Of a DNA stretch of 64,000 nucleotides, positions 11,242 to 23,300 are shown piece after piece. Position numbers and translations under genes: made by a program. Within the stretch, counting starts at the first letter, position 1. Each line of letters starts with the position of its first letter. The notes beneath the pieces are model-generated. The model worked only from the letters and a program-made list of their open reading frames with translations, ran no database searches and was not told where the DNA came from. This DNA comes from Botryllus schlosseri (taxonomy: Eukaryota): the NCBI GenBank assembly GCA_051294905.1, contig CM119373.1:2170001-2234000 (forward strand), written 5' to 3'.

Positions 11242-13352
11242 ATGTACGCACATGAACGCATTTATTACTACACAATCTGAACTAGACTTGAATTGTTGTT
11301 AAATACGACGCGACGGTTGTCAAGGAGCACGATTGAATTTATGATTACAACTACTCAATTTTCAAAATCAGCAACTAGAACTAGAAATAGAACCACTCGA
11401 AAAACCGTTAGTTAGTTGACCATAAACTAACTAAATGTTTAGTTTGTACAAGACTGGTTTGGAGTCGTGTACGTCTCATTAATTAAGGCTTTTCTGGTAC
11501 GTTTCAGCGATTCCAATGTACATTTTCTCTCTACCGCCAATCCTGATGAAGGTTCAAGAAATAACAACATGCATCAAAGGGATTAATGAAAACCCGAAGA
11601 CGTATCATCATTAATTATGTGGCCACAATTAACTGTACCGACATATCTGATGACGTGGGCTGAGAAAGGATAAATATTTGTTAGTAACACGTGCAATTGT
11701 GCATTGTGCAAGTACCAATAATATCAATGAAATTCATTCATGAATTCTCGAAAATTTTCGCGCTGAGGCGACAAGACAACGAATTATCAGTAACTTTTTA
11801 TAGCATATTACTTCGATTTTGTTGCTTGTAGCAACCCTATTTTCGTGTACTGCGTTCCACCTCTACAATTAGACGCCCTCATGCGCTAGATATTTCACGA
11901 GAAAACATTGTTGGCTCAGAACACCACATAGCTGTCCGCAATTTGAAGTCCCCCAGTAGCCATTTTAACATAGCTATTTGGGGTTCAGGTGGTCCATTAC
12001 GACTGTCCGCTGGAATGCGCCAGTAAGCCATTTATGTAATCGGAATGTGGGCGCGAATAGCAAAATGTTGGGCATCCCTTGCGTTAAGTAATTTCGACAA
12101 ACTAGAATGACTAAAATATGTCAGACATGTCCTTCATATTTTGCTTCACTCAGCTCTAGATAGCGTAGCTATCCATAATTTAAGTGTAAACCTTAGACTA
12201 GATGGATGAATATGTAATTGATTAGACTTGAAAGCACCTCCAAACAAACCATTCACATATTCACGATAGCGAAGGTCAGAGAGTAGCATACCCAATCAGA
12301 GTGTCAAATCCTGTATGCGGTTGCTTTTATATCATAAAACAACCGATTCCATCAGCTTAGTGGTGATGTTGCAGATTTTGTGAATTAATTACTATGAAGT
12401 TTATACATCCAGCGTCAGTGTCAACTACAATGGCAGCAGGAACATGAGATGTAGAAGTAGGATGAAAACGTCCAAGCAATGTTACCTATCATCATTGTAT
12501 CCTTGCGTTTGGTGGTGGTCTTGCACTAGCAGGCTTCACTGCTGCAAACAAATGCAATGGATGATGGATTACCTGAATAAGTTAGCGCTTTTCTTCCTAT
12601 AAGCTTTTGGTAGGCTACTTTTCTTTGTTTATCACACGATAGCAAATGTTTTGTCTCTTTCCAAACTATCGGAATGGCAAATGAAATAAGCCTTCCTGCC
12701 GGAACCACGCAAGATAACATCGACAACTGCCACATGTTACTACTGCACTCCATCCGTTATATTTATACTCTATAAGAATGCCAGTTAGCAGGCTATAACT
12801 TGTCCACTGCTTGCGTTCTTTCCCTATCTTATTTGAAATCTTTACTCCATCACGGGCGTATACATAAACACAAAATAAATCGGCAGCATTTTGCATTGTC
12901 TACTATCAAGTGGCACTTCTATTACGGAAAAAATGTTTTCCCAATTTGGTAATGATAAGTTATCACACCAAAAAAGAAATGACTCTGGTATGATATCTTC
13001 TACTAAATGAATTGAACCCTGAACGAAAAACGAAATAGCTTAAAATCCGGTTTTGTGATAGTAGCAAATACCTGCTACTCTGATGCAGATTGCAACAACG
13101 TATGACTTAACGTCCTTCATTTCTCCAAATCCATCTATAGATGACCTGAAACCACAGCCTAACAATGGTGAGAGAATACTAATTGTGATCGTGCTATTCG
13201 TTATGTTGTGCTATGGCTACCCCTCTCCATCCCCTATCCCACAGAGCATCAATATCAATAATAGTGAAAAGCTAATGATATTTTAGGAATCAGCGCCCCA
13301 AATTTAATATGATTGTGCACAGATACTTCATCAATTCGTATTACCGTATGTT

Positions 13353-14311
13353 TAGGGATGGTGTGAACGTGAGGTTCACGTTTGCGTTCTGTGTGTGAAC
13401 CTCGGAAATTTAGAGGTTCGCGTTCACAACAGAACCTTGGTAGGTTCTGCACTGTGAACCTTTTGGTAAATTGTAATTTTCACTCCATTATAAGATCTTT
13501 GGCTCAAATTTATTGCATTTCAACTGCTGGCCACTCCATGCATGGTGCTGGCAGCATAAAAAATCAACACTAAACGAGCATGCCCCATGCACCTCGACAG
13601 CCTTAAAAGTTTTACTTGCTTTGTTGCAAAAAAACTCTCGGAATATCCAGCTTTCCGTTTGTGAATATTTAGTGACTCTCTGCTGTGAGCCTGACCCGCT
13701 ATCGATATACGTAGTCAGCGAATGATGCTTAGTCAACCAATCAATGACATTGATATCGTCTTCTGATGTAAAAAATCGAACGGTCGTACTGGGTCAATCT
13801 TGACTTCATATCTTTACTGTATCATTAAAACCAAATCCGTGCGATTAAGGTGCGTGCTACTGCTGCATAACTTGTTGTTTGTGGTATCGGTAGAGAGTAT
13901 AGAAACCCGTTGTACACTCTGCTCAATATAAATGTAGCAATACTCAGACTCCGAACACATTGTCCGGTCTGGCTAAGACCGTTAAGGCGTAAGCTTATTT
14001 CTTGGTAAGTCCTCGTCGAAATTGTTGGCAAAGCGACGGAATGTACTGATTTTATACAATTATTATATCCTTTGATTACAGCGGTTGATACATTTAGCGA
14101 CGTTTACAACGCCGATATGTACTTCAGCATTGTGGCATTATTTGGGCCGAATCTTCGCTAGGTAACGTGTACATTAATATAGAGGGCATATTAGGCTATC
14201 ACTTCATTGAAAGAAAGGGTTCGAATTAGCAATATGACGTCACGTGACGTCACGAGGTTCACGTTCGTGTTCACACAGACCTGAACCTTTCAGAGGTTCA
14301 CACCATCCCTA
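13353..14311. mobile_element. Internally deleted hAT (Ac-like TAGGGATG TIR) element with transposase dimerisation-domain relic
   Basis: 16-bp TIR TAGGGATGGTGTGAAC; near-TSD GTATGT; minus-strand relic DINVIDWLTKH. A homologous copy starts at 63347. Confidence 0.75.
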
Positions 14312-14374
14312 GTATGTATGGTAACAATGAGAGCTAAGCTCGTAAATCATCCGATTTTTAGGTCTCCAAAAATG

Positions 14375-14380
14375 TTTATT
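14375..14380 (-). promoter_or_regulatory. Candidate poly(A) signal of the zinc-finger gene (alternative at 14608-14613)
   Basis: AATAAA on the minus strand about 0.5 kb downstream of the stop codon at 14872. Confidence 0.25.
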
Positions 14381-14871
14381 ATTTTACTTCGTTATCTACG
14401 TAACGGCGAGTGATTGATCAAGTCAAGTAATTAACAGGGAAAATGAAAGTTAACTTATTAGTTTCTTGCTATGCCTGGATTATAACTTGCAATCGGATAT
14501 CGTCACGAAGAACGATGAATCGTATGTCCATACAGAACAACGCTGTTCCATCTGCGTTCTATTCAGTAAAGCACAATATATGCCGATATGTGAATTACGG
14601 CTGAATATTTATTTTGGCAAAATGATACAATGCGGTGACACGTTACTGTGAGTCTTTGACATTATTGTAGGTTCAGTTAGAATTGTCTTTGGCAACCATC
14701 AGTCTTCCCACAACCCTTCTCGGGCAGTAGAATGACACCGTCTTTCGGTGAATAATGGGAGATTGATCTACCACAAGACTGTGATTGATGGCATGAAGCA
14801 ATTAAAAATGTACTCGGGTGCGAAAACGTAACGTCGATAAAACCGGCATTGCGTGAGTTTGACATGTTCCG

Positions 14872-15579
14872 CTACGCCATAAAATCAGCCCGGGGACTTC
14901 TCAGCCTTTCCGGCGATCCGCAAGAAGAGAATCCTTCATCGGCCGAAGAATCTTCTTCCGTCGCGTCATCCTTCATCCCCGGTCCCGGCGAAGTCCGTTC
15001 CGTATCTTTACGATTTTTAATGGCGTCTGCTTCTGGGCCTGCCATGTCGTTGGGGTACGGCTGCAGAAGCGGTGGATGCCTTGTATTCACGGGGGTTGAT
15101 TTGAGAGAGTCGCAAACTCCATGAAATCTGTCAACCGTGTCGAATGGAGTTAATCTCTCGCGTGAATGCTTCGAGTAACATTCTGTCTCTTTCCTGTCTT
15201 CCTCTGGACCGACTTCGAACGGACGCCATGTTGTCGGAGCTTTTTTGCTTTTTATTTCTCTTGTCGGAGTTTCCGCGTGCTCTTTGACGGATCGAATCCA
15301 GTCAGCAACTTTCGAATTCGGCTGATTCGGCCGCCCGAACACAAACTTGTTTTTCAGCGTGTCGTTCCAGTTTCCGGGCATGTTGCTCCATGGAAATGAC
15401 AAGGGGTAGAACTGTAGCGATGGCTGGAACTCGAAAGGCGTCTGAGCGACAGAGGGTGAATTGATTCTGCCGGTGTTGGGTGGTGGCTTTTTTATGCCTC
15501 TCAGTTGATTGTCCAGGAACAAGGCGTCCTTCACCTTGTCGATGGAACACGCAATTTGCTCGCTTGTCATGTTATGAAC
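14872..15579 (-). CDS. C2H2 zinc-finger protein, exon 3 (last His of finger 3 plus 235-aa C-terminal region, stop)
   Basis: Acceptor ttacttgcag|GTTCAT. A phase-0 join completes RRHQRQ-VH; the frame is open to TAG at 14872-14874. Confidence 0.85.
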   Translation of the reverse strand, partial: VHNMTSEQIACSIDKVKDALFLDNQLRGIKKPPPNTGRINSPSVAQTPFEFQPSLQFYPLSFPWSNMPGNWNDTLKNKFVFGRPNQPNSKVADWIRSVKEHAETPTREIKSKKAPTTWRPFEVGPEEDRKETECYSKHSRERLTPFDTVDRFHGVCDSLKSTPVNTRHPPLLQPYPNDMAGPEADAIKNRKDTERTSPGPGMKDDATEEDSSADEGFSSCGSPERLRSPRADFMA

Positions 15580-15727
15580 CTGCAAGTAAAAATATAAGTC
15601 AAGTAATTTTACTAAATATGGTGTCGTGATGAATAGCCAACGATACTCCTTGGTACAAAATACCAATTGTATATCGAGACATTGGAATGTTCTTAGTAGC
15701 GATCCATTTTGAGACAAATGTTCAGTA

Positions 15728-16387
15728 AGGCTCTTCAAAAATGACTTTTTTCTCAATTCGTACTGGCTACTTGATCAAATTGTTAGGTTACCTAATTTAA
15801 GCCTACACACCAAATTGGTTCAATATCAACCAGTAGCCGCTTGCTTAAGGAGAAGAAAGTTTCTATTTATTATATAAAAATAAATAAATAACAGAAAATT
15901 TGAAAATTTTCTCTTCTCCCATGAAAGTGTAAGGTTATCAATGGAAACGATGTTCACCAAATTTGGTTCAATTCCAACCAGTGGAAGCGAAGTTATCGCC
16001 CTCGAAAAATTTGGATTATGAATAAAATAATATTTGCGGTGACCAATTCTTTAAATATTTATTATAGTGGTACCCAACGTAAATACTATTTTATTCAAAT
16101 CCAAATTTTTCGACGGCAATAACTCCGCTTCCACTGTTTCGAATTGAACCAAATTTGGTGAACATCGTTTCTATAGACAACCTATCACTTTCATTGGGTG
16201 AACAGAAAATTTTCAAATTTTTTGTTATTTATTTTTATGTAATAAATAGAAACTTTCTTCTCCTGTAGCAATGCGGCTACTGGTTGGAATAGAACTAATT
16301 TTGGTGTTTAGGCTTGAATTAGATAACCTAACAATTTTATCAGGTAGCCAGTACGAATTGAGAAAAAAAGACATTTTTGAAGAGCCC
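15728..16387. mobile_element. Foldback (almost fully palindromic) MITE with TA TSD, in zinc-finger intron 2
   Basis: About 300-bp arms are imperfect reverse complements (GGCTCTTCAAAAATG...CATTTTTGAAGAGCC), flanked by TA. A partial relative lies at 35289. Confidence 0.85.
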
Positions 16388-16924
16388 TAATGTTCAAAGG
16401 TATGCATCGTTCATTTGAAATGTCGTGACCTTCGAGTACATGAGAAAAGCATGCGGCTTACTCGCTTGGTAATTTTCATATATTCATTTTCTACTTCTAC
16501 TTGAAGTAATTCTGACAAAACTTGGAAAATTTTACTTCAACTTGTAAATGACAAATTGGCATTACTCCCACATCTACTAAAGTTAAAATCCTGGTTAGTT
16601 TGACCAGGTCTGCTGATATGTTGAATCATAACAGGGACATCTGAGTGTATGGGTGTGACAGAGCATATGGGACAACTGACCAAGAACGCAGACAAGAGAA
16701 AACGACATTCACAGCCTCCAAAATATTTAGTATTCGCACTTTTGACGCCATCTGTTTGGTTACGTAATCCTAAATTGGTGTTAAATCGTTTTATACAATT
16801 TTCGCCTCTGTCTAATTATAGTCCGGAATCCTTTCATGACTGTATCAATACCTCAAATTTACTGTTATGGGTAGGTAGGCTATCTTGAAATCATAATATA
16901 CTATACTATATTTAATAAATTTCA

Positions 16925-17167
<243 letters not shown>

Positions 17168-18493
17168 CTAGTTGGTATTAGGAATCGATGCGATAAAAAA
17201 TAGTCACTGATTTCCGGAATCGGGGTTATCACGGCCATTTTTCTAACAACAATTAAGCTATAGTAAGTTCCATGTAAGTTTTCGCGCGCCTATCAGACAG
17301 AGGTGGTCAAAGTATTTACCGTCGTTATTCAAGTAAAGAGGAAGATCTTCGTTACTAACTTTAACAACTAAATAGTTGTTAAAGTTAGCTTTTATCAACA
17401 CCGTCACACATATTTATCATATTGACTTTCAAATGCATTTTACATGAGAAGCCAGTGCCCACAGCAACTTTGGAATCACCAACAGGTGAATGAAATAGAC
17501 TGCAAGACTTACATCGCCTTTATTTCTATATATCCTTACAACAATGGGATAATTTATGCCGTTTGTATAGTCACCTGATTTGTGATACTGATTTTTGGGC
17601 TTGGCCCACCAGACTGATAAGGTGTGAAACGCCATTATTGTTTCATTTTCCACAATTAATGATGATGATGGTATTAATAATATCGATGACAATAAACCAG
17701 TTCAGTATCTTGGTGCATTGATCTAGTCCACAGATTGCGTTAGGTCGAAGCTACGTAAAACCTAACCAAATTCTGGTCAAACTATGGCTATGCTATGCTA
17801 GCAAAACAGGAGACACGGTAACCTGGTAGAGTGGGGCATAGACCGAAGCCCGAATGGATATCCAGCCGAATTTTCTGATTTTTGACCGGAGCCGGATGGT
17901 CACTTTTTTCCGATACCGCCAGAGTCGGTTCGGAGCAGGGTCATTACTTTTTCACAAAAATACGGGCAGCCTCTTCCACCCTGGCATCAATAGTTACATT
18001 GAACAGTTCATGGAAATAAACCGCCGGCCAAGTGCAAGTTAACATAAATACTTCAGGTTAGGGTTGGAATTGGTCGATTCGTTTTGAATTTCCTGTTTCT
18101 TTTGTTTCAATCACATTCAATGCCAACCTGTGTGTTTAGATAATTATTATCAGAGTTTTTTCGGACCGCATCACGATCATTTCTAGAAGCTGGCCTAAGA
18201 TTCGGACCAGAGAATTCAAAACAGGATCGGAGTCGGATCAGAGAAATTGTCGATCCGTCCGCACTACATCATGGTATAGGCAATAAATAAAAAATAAAAA
18301 AATAAACTATATTGTAATATAAATAAATATGGGGTTCGATAATAGTGATTGCAACACTACTTAACTGTCTATTTAATGCAAACCGATATTGATAGAGGCA
18401 GCCAGTCATTGTATAAAATATGATACACAGCCCTTGTCACTGCTACAGGAGGATACGAACAACTTCGTAAAAGTAGATGGCTGATATACTAAC

Positions 18494-19237
18494 CCTCTCA
18501 TGCACTTTCATGTGGCAAATATAGGAGAATTTCCTACTGCAGTAATGACATCTGAAGCATCCCTCCGTCCGTTCACAATCTTCATGCATGGCGCCGGGTT
18601 CCGTATTTTGCGTGCCCAGCGTTTCGCACTTCTTTTTGCAATCTTTCTTGCTCTTAACGTGGTTCGACTTGCACCGTTTCGTCGGGCATTTCACGCTGTA
18701 ATCTACGGGCGAAGTTACACCTGATAGGTGGCGTTTCTGGGTATGTTGGTATTTTTTAGGCGGGCTCAGTTTGTGCTTGGCTGCAATTTTGAGACCACGC
18801 GCTCCTGCTTCGGGCGCTTTAGAACGCATTAGTTCTTCCATGTCTGGGATATGACCTATTGGAGGGACGTAGATCAAGGGCGGCACCGGAGGAAATAGTC
18901 GGCTTTGAGAGTTCGCCTGAATACCGTGGTCTGCGTGCGGGTACCTTGGCTTGTTGGTAAATTTCTCATTGGTATCAAAGCGGATGCCTTGGAATACGGA
19001 CGACAGGCGTGAAAAGTTGGCGTAAAATGTACTGAAGTCTTTGCATATCAGCTTGTCCCTTTCGCTCATGGAATTGTAACAGTTTGACAGCAGGTTTTCG
19101 GCGATGTATAATGACGGATCTCTTCGTTCCATATAATTCGCCATGCTACTACCATTTCCCGAATAGTCCCCGTCTTCCCCGTTGATTGATGGTAAGTCTT
19201 CTGGTAGCTTGAGTTTCAACGCTCGGAATGAGTTCAT
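18494..19237 (-). CDS. C2H2 zinc-finger protein, exon 1 (N-terminal region plus most of finger 1)
   Basis: Open frame from ATG 19237 (MNSFRALKLK...) to FRCHYCSRKFSYICHMKVHER, then AGG|gttagt donor in phase 0. The start codon is uncertain (a later ATG or an upstream exon is possible). Total protein about 540 aa. Confidence 0.85.
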
Positions 19238-19755
19238 CCCCCTCCGCACCGACAAAGTGAATTATACGTTTAATCAAAACTATAGGCTCTAAATTTTATC
19301 TGCACAATATCATATAGTATAAGACTCTAAATCGTGTCAATATACATTGAAGTCTGGCTTTCAGATCGTGTGCATGGTAATTCCTATGATGGTAATACCT
19401 GTGCTGCTAATACCGAAACCAGTGGTTCACAATCGGTCATGTACGAAGTGATTTCAGATGGTGCACAGTAATTGCATTTCTTTTCAAGTAAAATTAGAGT
19501 TTTCACAAATCGTTAATGCGAATTTCTGTTATGCAGTAAACGACGTTATTGAATGCATACTCAACACTTTGTTTCATTCGACTTAGTTGCACCCCGCCTA
19601 GATAAGCTTGGGGAAAAGAATTTCAACCATGATAATAGTTTTACCTTTGGGTGCGTATTATTACTATTAGGCGCGGATAACATCATGGGTTGCATCAGTT
19701 TCGAAATTTCCGGGCCGACTTATTTGCTAACCCGTCCACGTTAATAGTCCTACAT

Positions 19756-20010
19756 CAAGGGTGTCAAACATACGGCCCGGTCCACTGGCCGCATCCGACC
19801 CGTCAGACGATTTCAGCCTGCCCGCAAAGCAATTGTGAGTAGATTGAAAAATATCTTTGCAATAGCAAATTTTTTAACGAATGTTGGGATATTATTGTAA
19901 GAACTACTTCCCAGAATGCAGCAAATGTCAAGATCACAGGCTACAATATAATCATCCGACAGCGGTGTTATGGTTTCTCTCTAGTCACAATCAGGACAAA
20001 TATACGCATC
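19756..20010. mobile_element. Truncated hAT MITE (left end), related to 20398-21278
   Basis: CAAGGGTGTCAAAC TIR plus GGCCCG subterminal motifs; interior aligns with 20520-20600. Confidence 0.5.
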
Positions 20011-20397
20011 TCAAAAAACACCTTCTAGATAAAATATAGTAACCACTGCAGTCATGGAAACATCAGATACATGATCGGTATATTTCGCGCAATGCGAGGC
20101 GAAAGATATGGATAGTTGATGAATTTTGTTGGAATGAATGAATGAATGAATTTTGCAATGGTATCTCAAGGATATATTTAACTATAGAACTTTGTATTCT
20201 TACAACTACTTCACCATCTGTACTGTTACGCGATTTTATTTCGGCGCCTTCATAACATCCTAATGCCTACATATCCCCCTTTGAAATCCAAACTCGCCCC
20301 AAGGGAGCGCCGGCGACATGGTTAAGGACCACTGGTATAGATGTTAAGATAATACGGTGGAATTCTGCTATTTCATGAGTATGTTCATTGTGTAGAA

Positions 20398-21278
20398 CAG
20401 GGGTGTCAAACATGCGGCCCGCGAAGCAATTCTGAAAATAGGCTGTATTATACAGCGCATTTTTCACAAATGTAGAGATCCTATTACGAAATAATACTGA
20501 CATTAAATTATCCTTAAAGACAGCAAACGTCGACTATTTTCATAAGCCACATAATAACCATCTGACAGTGGTGCTGCTGTTACACTGTAGTCACAATCAG
20601 CCACAACTCGCTGCAATTCACACCTAATTCCGAGAGTGCAAAAATGTGCACAGTGAGTTCACAATTAATGGAAAATGGACCAAAACGTATAGTTATTTGC
20701 AGAAATAAAAACGTCAGTTAGAAATCGGTATATGCAGGTTACATGGAGAATATAATGATGACACGAAAATATAATTTAAATATCTCTGGTCGCCATCCTA
20801 TTTCACTTATGACTTACCGGTTTCTCGGCCTCCAGAGAAACCCGAATCGCGATATAATAATAATGCACCAAATTTCAATGTCTGCTTCTGCGGTTAAATA
20901 GCTTGTATTCCTCACAATGCATGCACGGAACTATATTGTCAGATTACGACAAAAAACAAAGAAATCACAGCCATATGCCAACGTATGTTGTCGGCAACAC
21001 CGCTGTTTTAGCTGTTCATATATTTATTCAACCGGCCAATCGTCGTAATTATGCCAATTCCATTGTTTACTAATAAAGGTTATGATAGAATAAAACCACG
21101 TGGTTCATGATAACCATGTTATGTTATTCTGTATATAGACTTAATAATTGAGTATTCAAGTGCAAAACAAATGTATGGATTTTGAGGTAACACTTCGGAA
21201 TTATTTGATTGGCCTGGCCCGCGAGTGCCCTGAAGGTTTCAATCCGGCCCGCGACGCAATTTGAGTTTGACACCCCTG
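20398..21278. mobile_element. hAT (Charlie-like) MITE
   Basis: 14-bp TIR CAGGGGTGTCAAAC...GTTTGACACCCCTG with GGCCCGCG subterminal motifs; no matching TSD. Confidence 0.7.
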
Positions 21279-21729
21279 TAAAACGTTCCTGGATTCGTTT
21301 GCGAAGATTGAAGCATAAACCGAGCATGTACGTGAACAGAACGTTGAATTAATTCCTATGCTAATATCCTCCTTACAGCTGGAACAGACCTGGTTAGTTC
21401 TGCATCCTACATAGATACAGGACAAAGACACCGCACACCATTCATCACACCCCGCTTATTCAATACCATATTTATGTAACGAGTGAATATTTTAGTAGCA
21501 ATATATATTGGTGCGAAATTACGATGCAGTACATATTGAACTCGGGGTATGCATCCAATATAGCGTGATGTAATTTAAGCACCTTCCGCTATCAACAACC
21601 AGCTGTATATCGTCTACTATTTATAAATGCCTGGTAAACTGAGACAGTACCCCCAGAAATTAATGAGTGATCTATTTCGCACTAAATGACGTTCCAGATT
21701 ATTTGTCGTGAAATGATAAGAAATACATA

Positions 21730-21948
21730 ACAATTGAATGATATATTCATATTGAAATGAACCCGTATATATTTTAGGCTGACATTCATTGGGAGTAATC
21801 CTCAGCAACTAGCAGAGAATTGGACATCGTGTATCAACAATCGTGTCATCATGTTCTCAGTACTCTAGTAATTACTGACGTTTACCCCTGACGAGTGGCA
21901 GCCAGAAATGTTTGGTTTATTTCCTTATAAATATTTTATTCAATTGTA
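21730..21948. mobile_element. Inverted pair of Penelope 3' repeats (decayed hammerheads)
   Basis: 21730-21845 matches the PLE tail on the minus strand; about 21860-21948 matches it on the plus strand (CTGACGA at 21888, GAAA at 21905). Confidence 0.7.
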
Positions 21949-23171
21949 TATTGAAGTTATGTACGTCCAAGAAACTATTCAAAGAGACGACATCGCAAAT
22001 GTTGTACCGAGCACTCCACTGAAATTTAAGTCCATACAGAAGAATATACATTTCGTTAGTGTAACGATGTCAAATATTTTGCGATTGCGAACCAAGTATA
22101 GAACATTTCCTACACAATGCCCGATGAAACAAGTTACATGCTTAATCTCTCAAACACAAACACTTTCACCAAAACGCGGAATCTCTACGGATAAGCCGTG
22201 TCTTATTTACTACGCGTATGCATCCGTTAGCATAGTAGCCTGACTGTGCTGCGATATGATTTCCCCGCCACCTTCATCGATAACCCTCATTAGTCGTTGC
22301 CTTGACTTCCTGATAGCGATAGCACCGAAAATCATCGGATAAGGGCCTGGCGTAGGCGGATGGCGTTTTTTGAACAGCTATAAACGGATTATGCGTACGG
22401 TATGGTATGGTGGTATGTTTAGTGATCATACGTCCTACACGGACTGCTTGGGTGACAAAATCATGACTGGTCAGTTTTTAACGCAGATTCACGCGTAGAA
22501 GTATCCAGGAATACTATTTAATTATGTATAAATATATACTTGGATATAACCCTACAAAGGTACTAAGTAACAATTGATGTATGGTGTCGGCGAATCGATA
22601 TTATAACCAACCCAACGTTTTTATCTAGCTCATATTTCAATGTTCTCCCTGGGCAACGCCTATGTATCCTCGATTTCAGTTTGACAACGACACTGACCAT
22701 ATTACATCTTTGCAATTCCATTTCAAGGTTTATAGTGCATTTGATCAGATAGTTTGAAGATATCCAGATACACTCGTAATTAGTGTGTATATATGATCTC
22801 GGTTCTAGGGTTGCGTGCCATGGAGATACGTTTCGACTATTACAAATCTGAATGTGTCTCGATATGCATATTGCGTGGATCACATACGAGCTGATGTTGC
22901 CTTAATGCACGCGTTGCATAGAGCCTATCCAGGCGATCAATCGACTTTCCGAAACTAACCATACATAAGGGAAGTTAAGCGGATGTGAAAGTTACCGGTT
23001 GGCAGCAACTCGCGTTGTTCAACCAAGATGAGTTTTACAAACCTATTCTCGACAGCACAGTGTATAAACCTCTTGTCATAATATGCTTGCCGGAAAATAT
23101 TTCGACTTTGACTTAGCTCTTATAATGTGCGTGCTGTAGTTATGGGTTTGTCGCTTTCCTCAGATTTTAGG

Positions 23172-23300
23172 CTACTTCTAGCAGAGTGGTAGGCTCCCCA
23201 GTTCCAGCACCAATTGCTTTCGAATCCGGCCGAGGTCGACTCCATATTTCCTACCGAAGTGGTGGAGGTTTATTTAGGACACCTCCCCCCGTCTGTTAAG
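23172..23300 (+). mobile_element. tRNA-derived SINE (GAGGTCGACTCC family)
   Basis: A-box TAGCAGAGTGG (23179), B-box TTCGAATCC, then GGCCGAGGTCGACTCC...; aligns to copies at 54955 and 57925. Confidence 0.65.

Noticed and set aside
11540-11670. CTGATGA...GAAA hammerhead-like motifs
   Set aside because: No stem I or stem III pairing around a valid UH site. Other CTGATGA hits (25746, 26108, 31208, 50498) also lack a downstream GAAA and stems.
12526-12896. Cys-containing minus-strand ORFs resembling a piggyBac C-terminal domain
   Set aside because: The Cys/His spacing does not match, and no TTAA or CCC termini were found.
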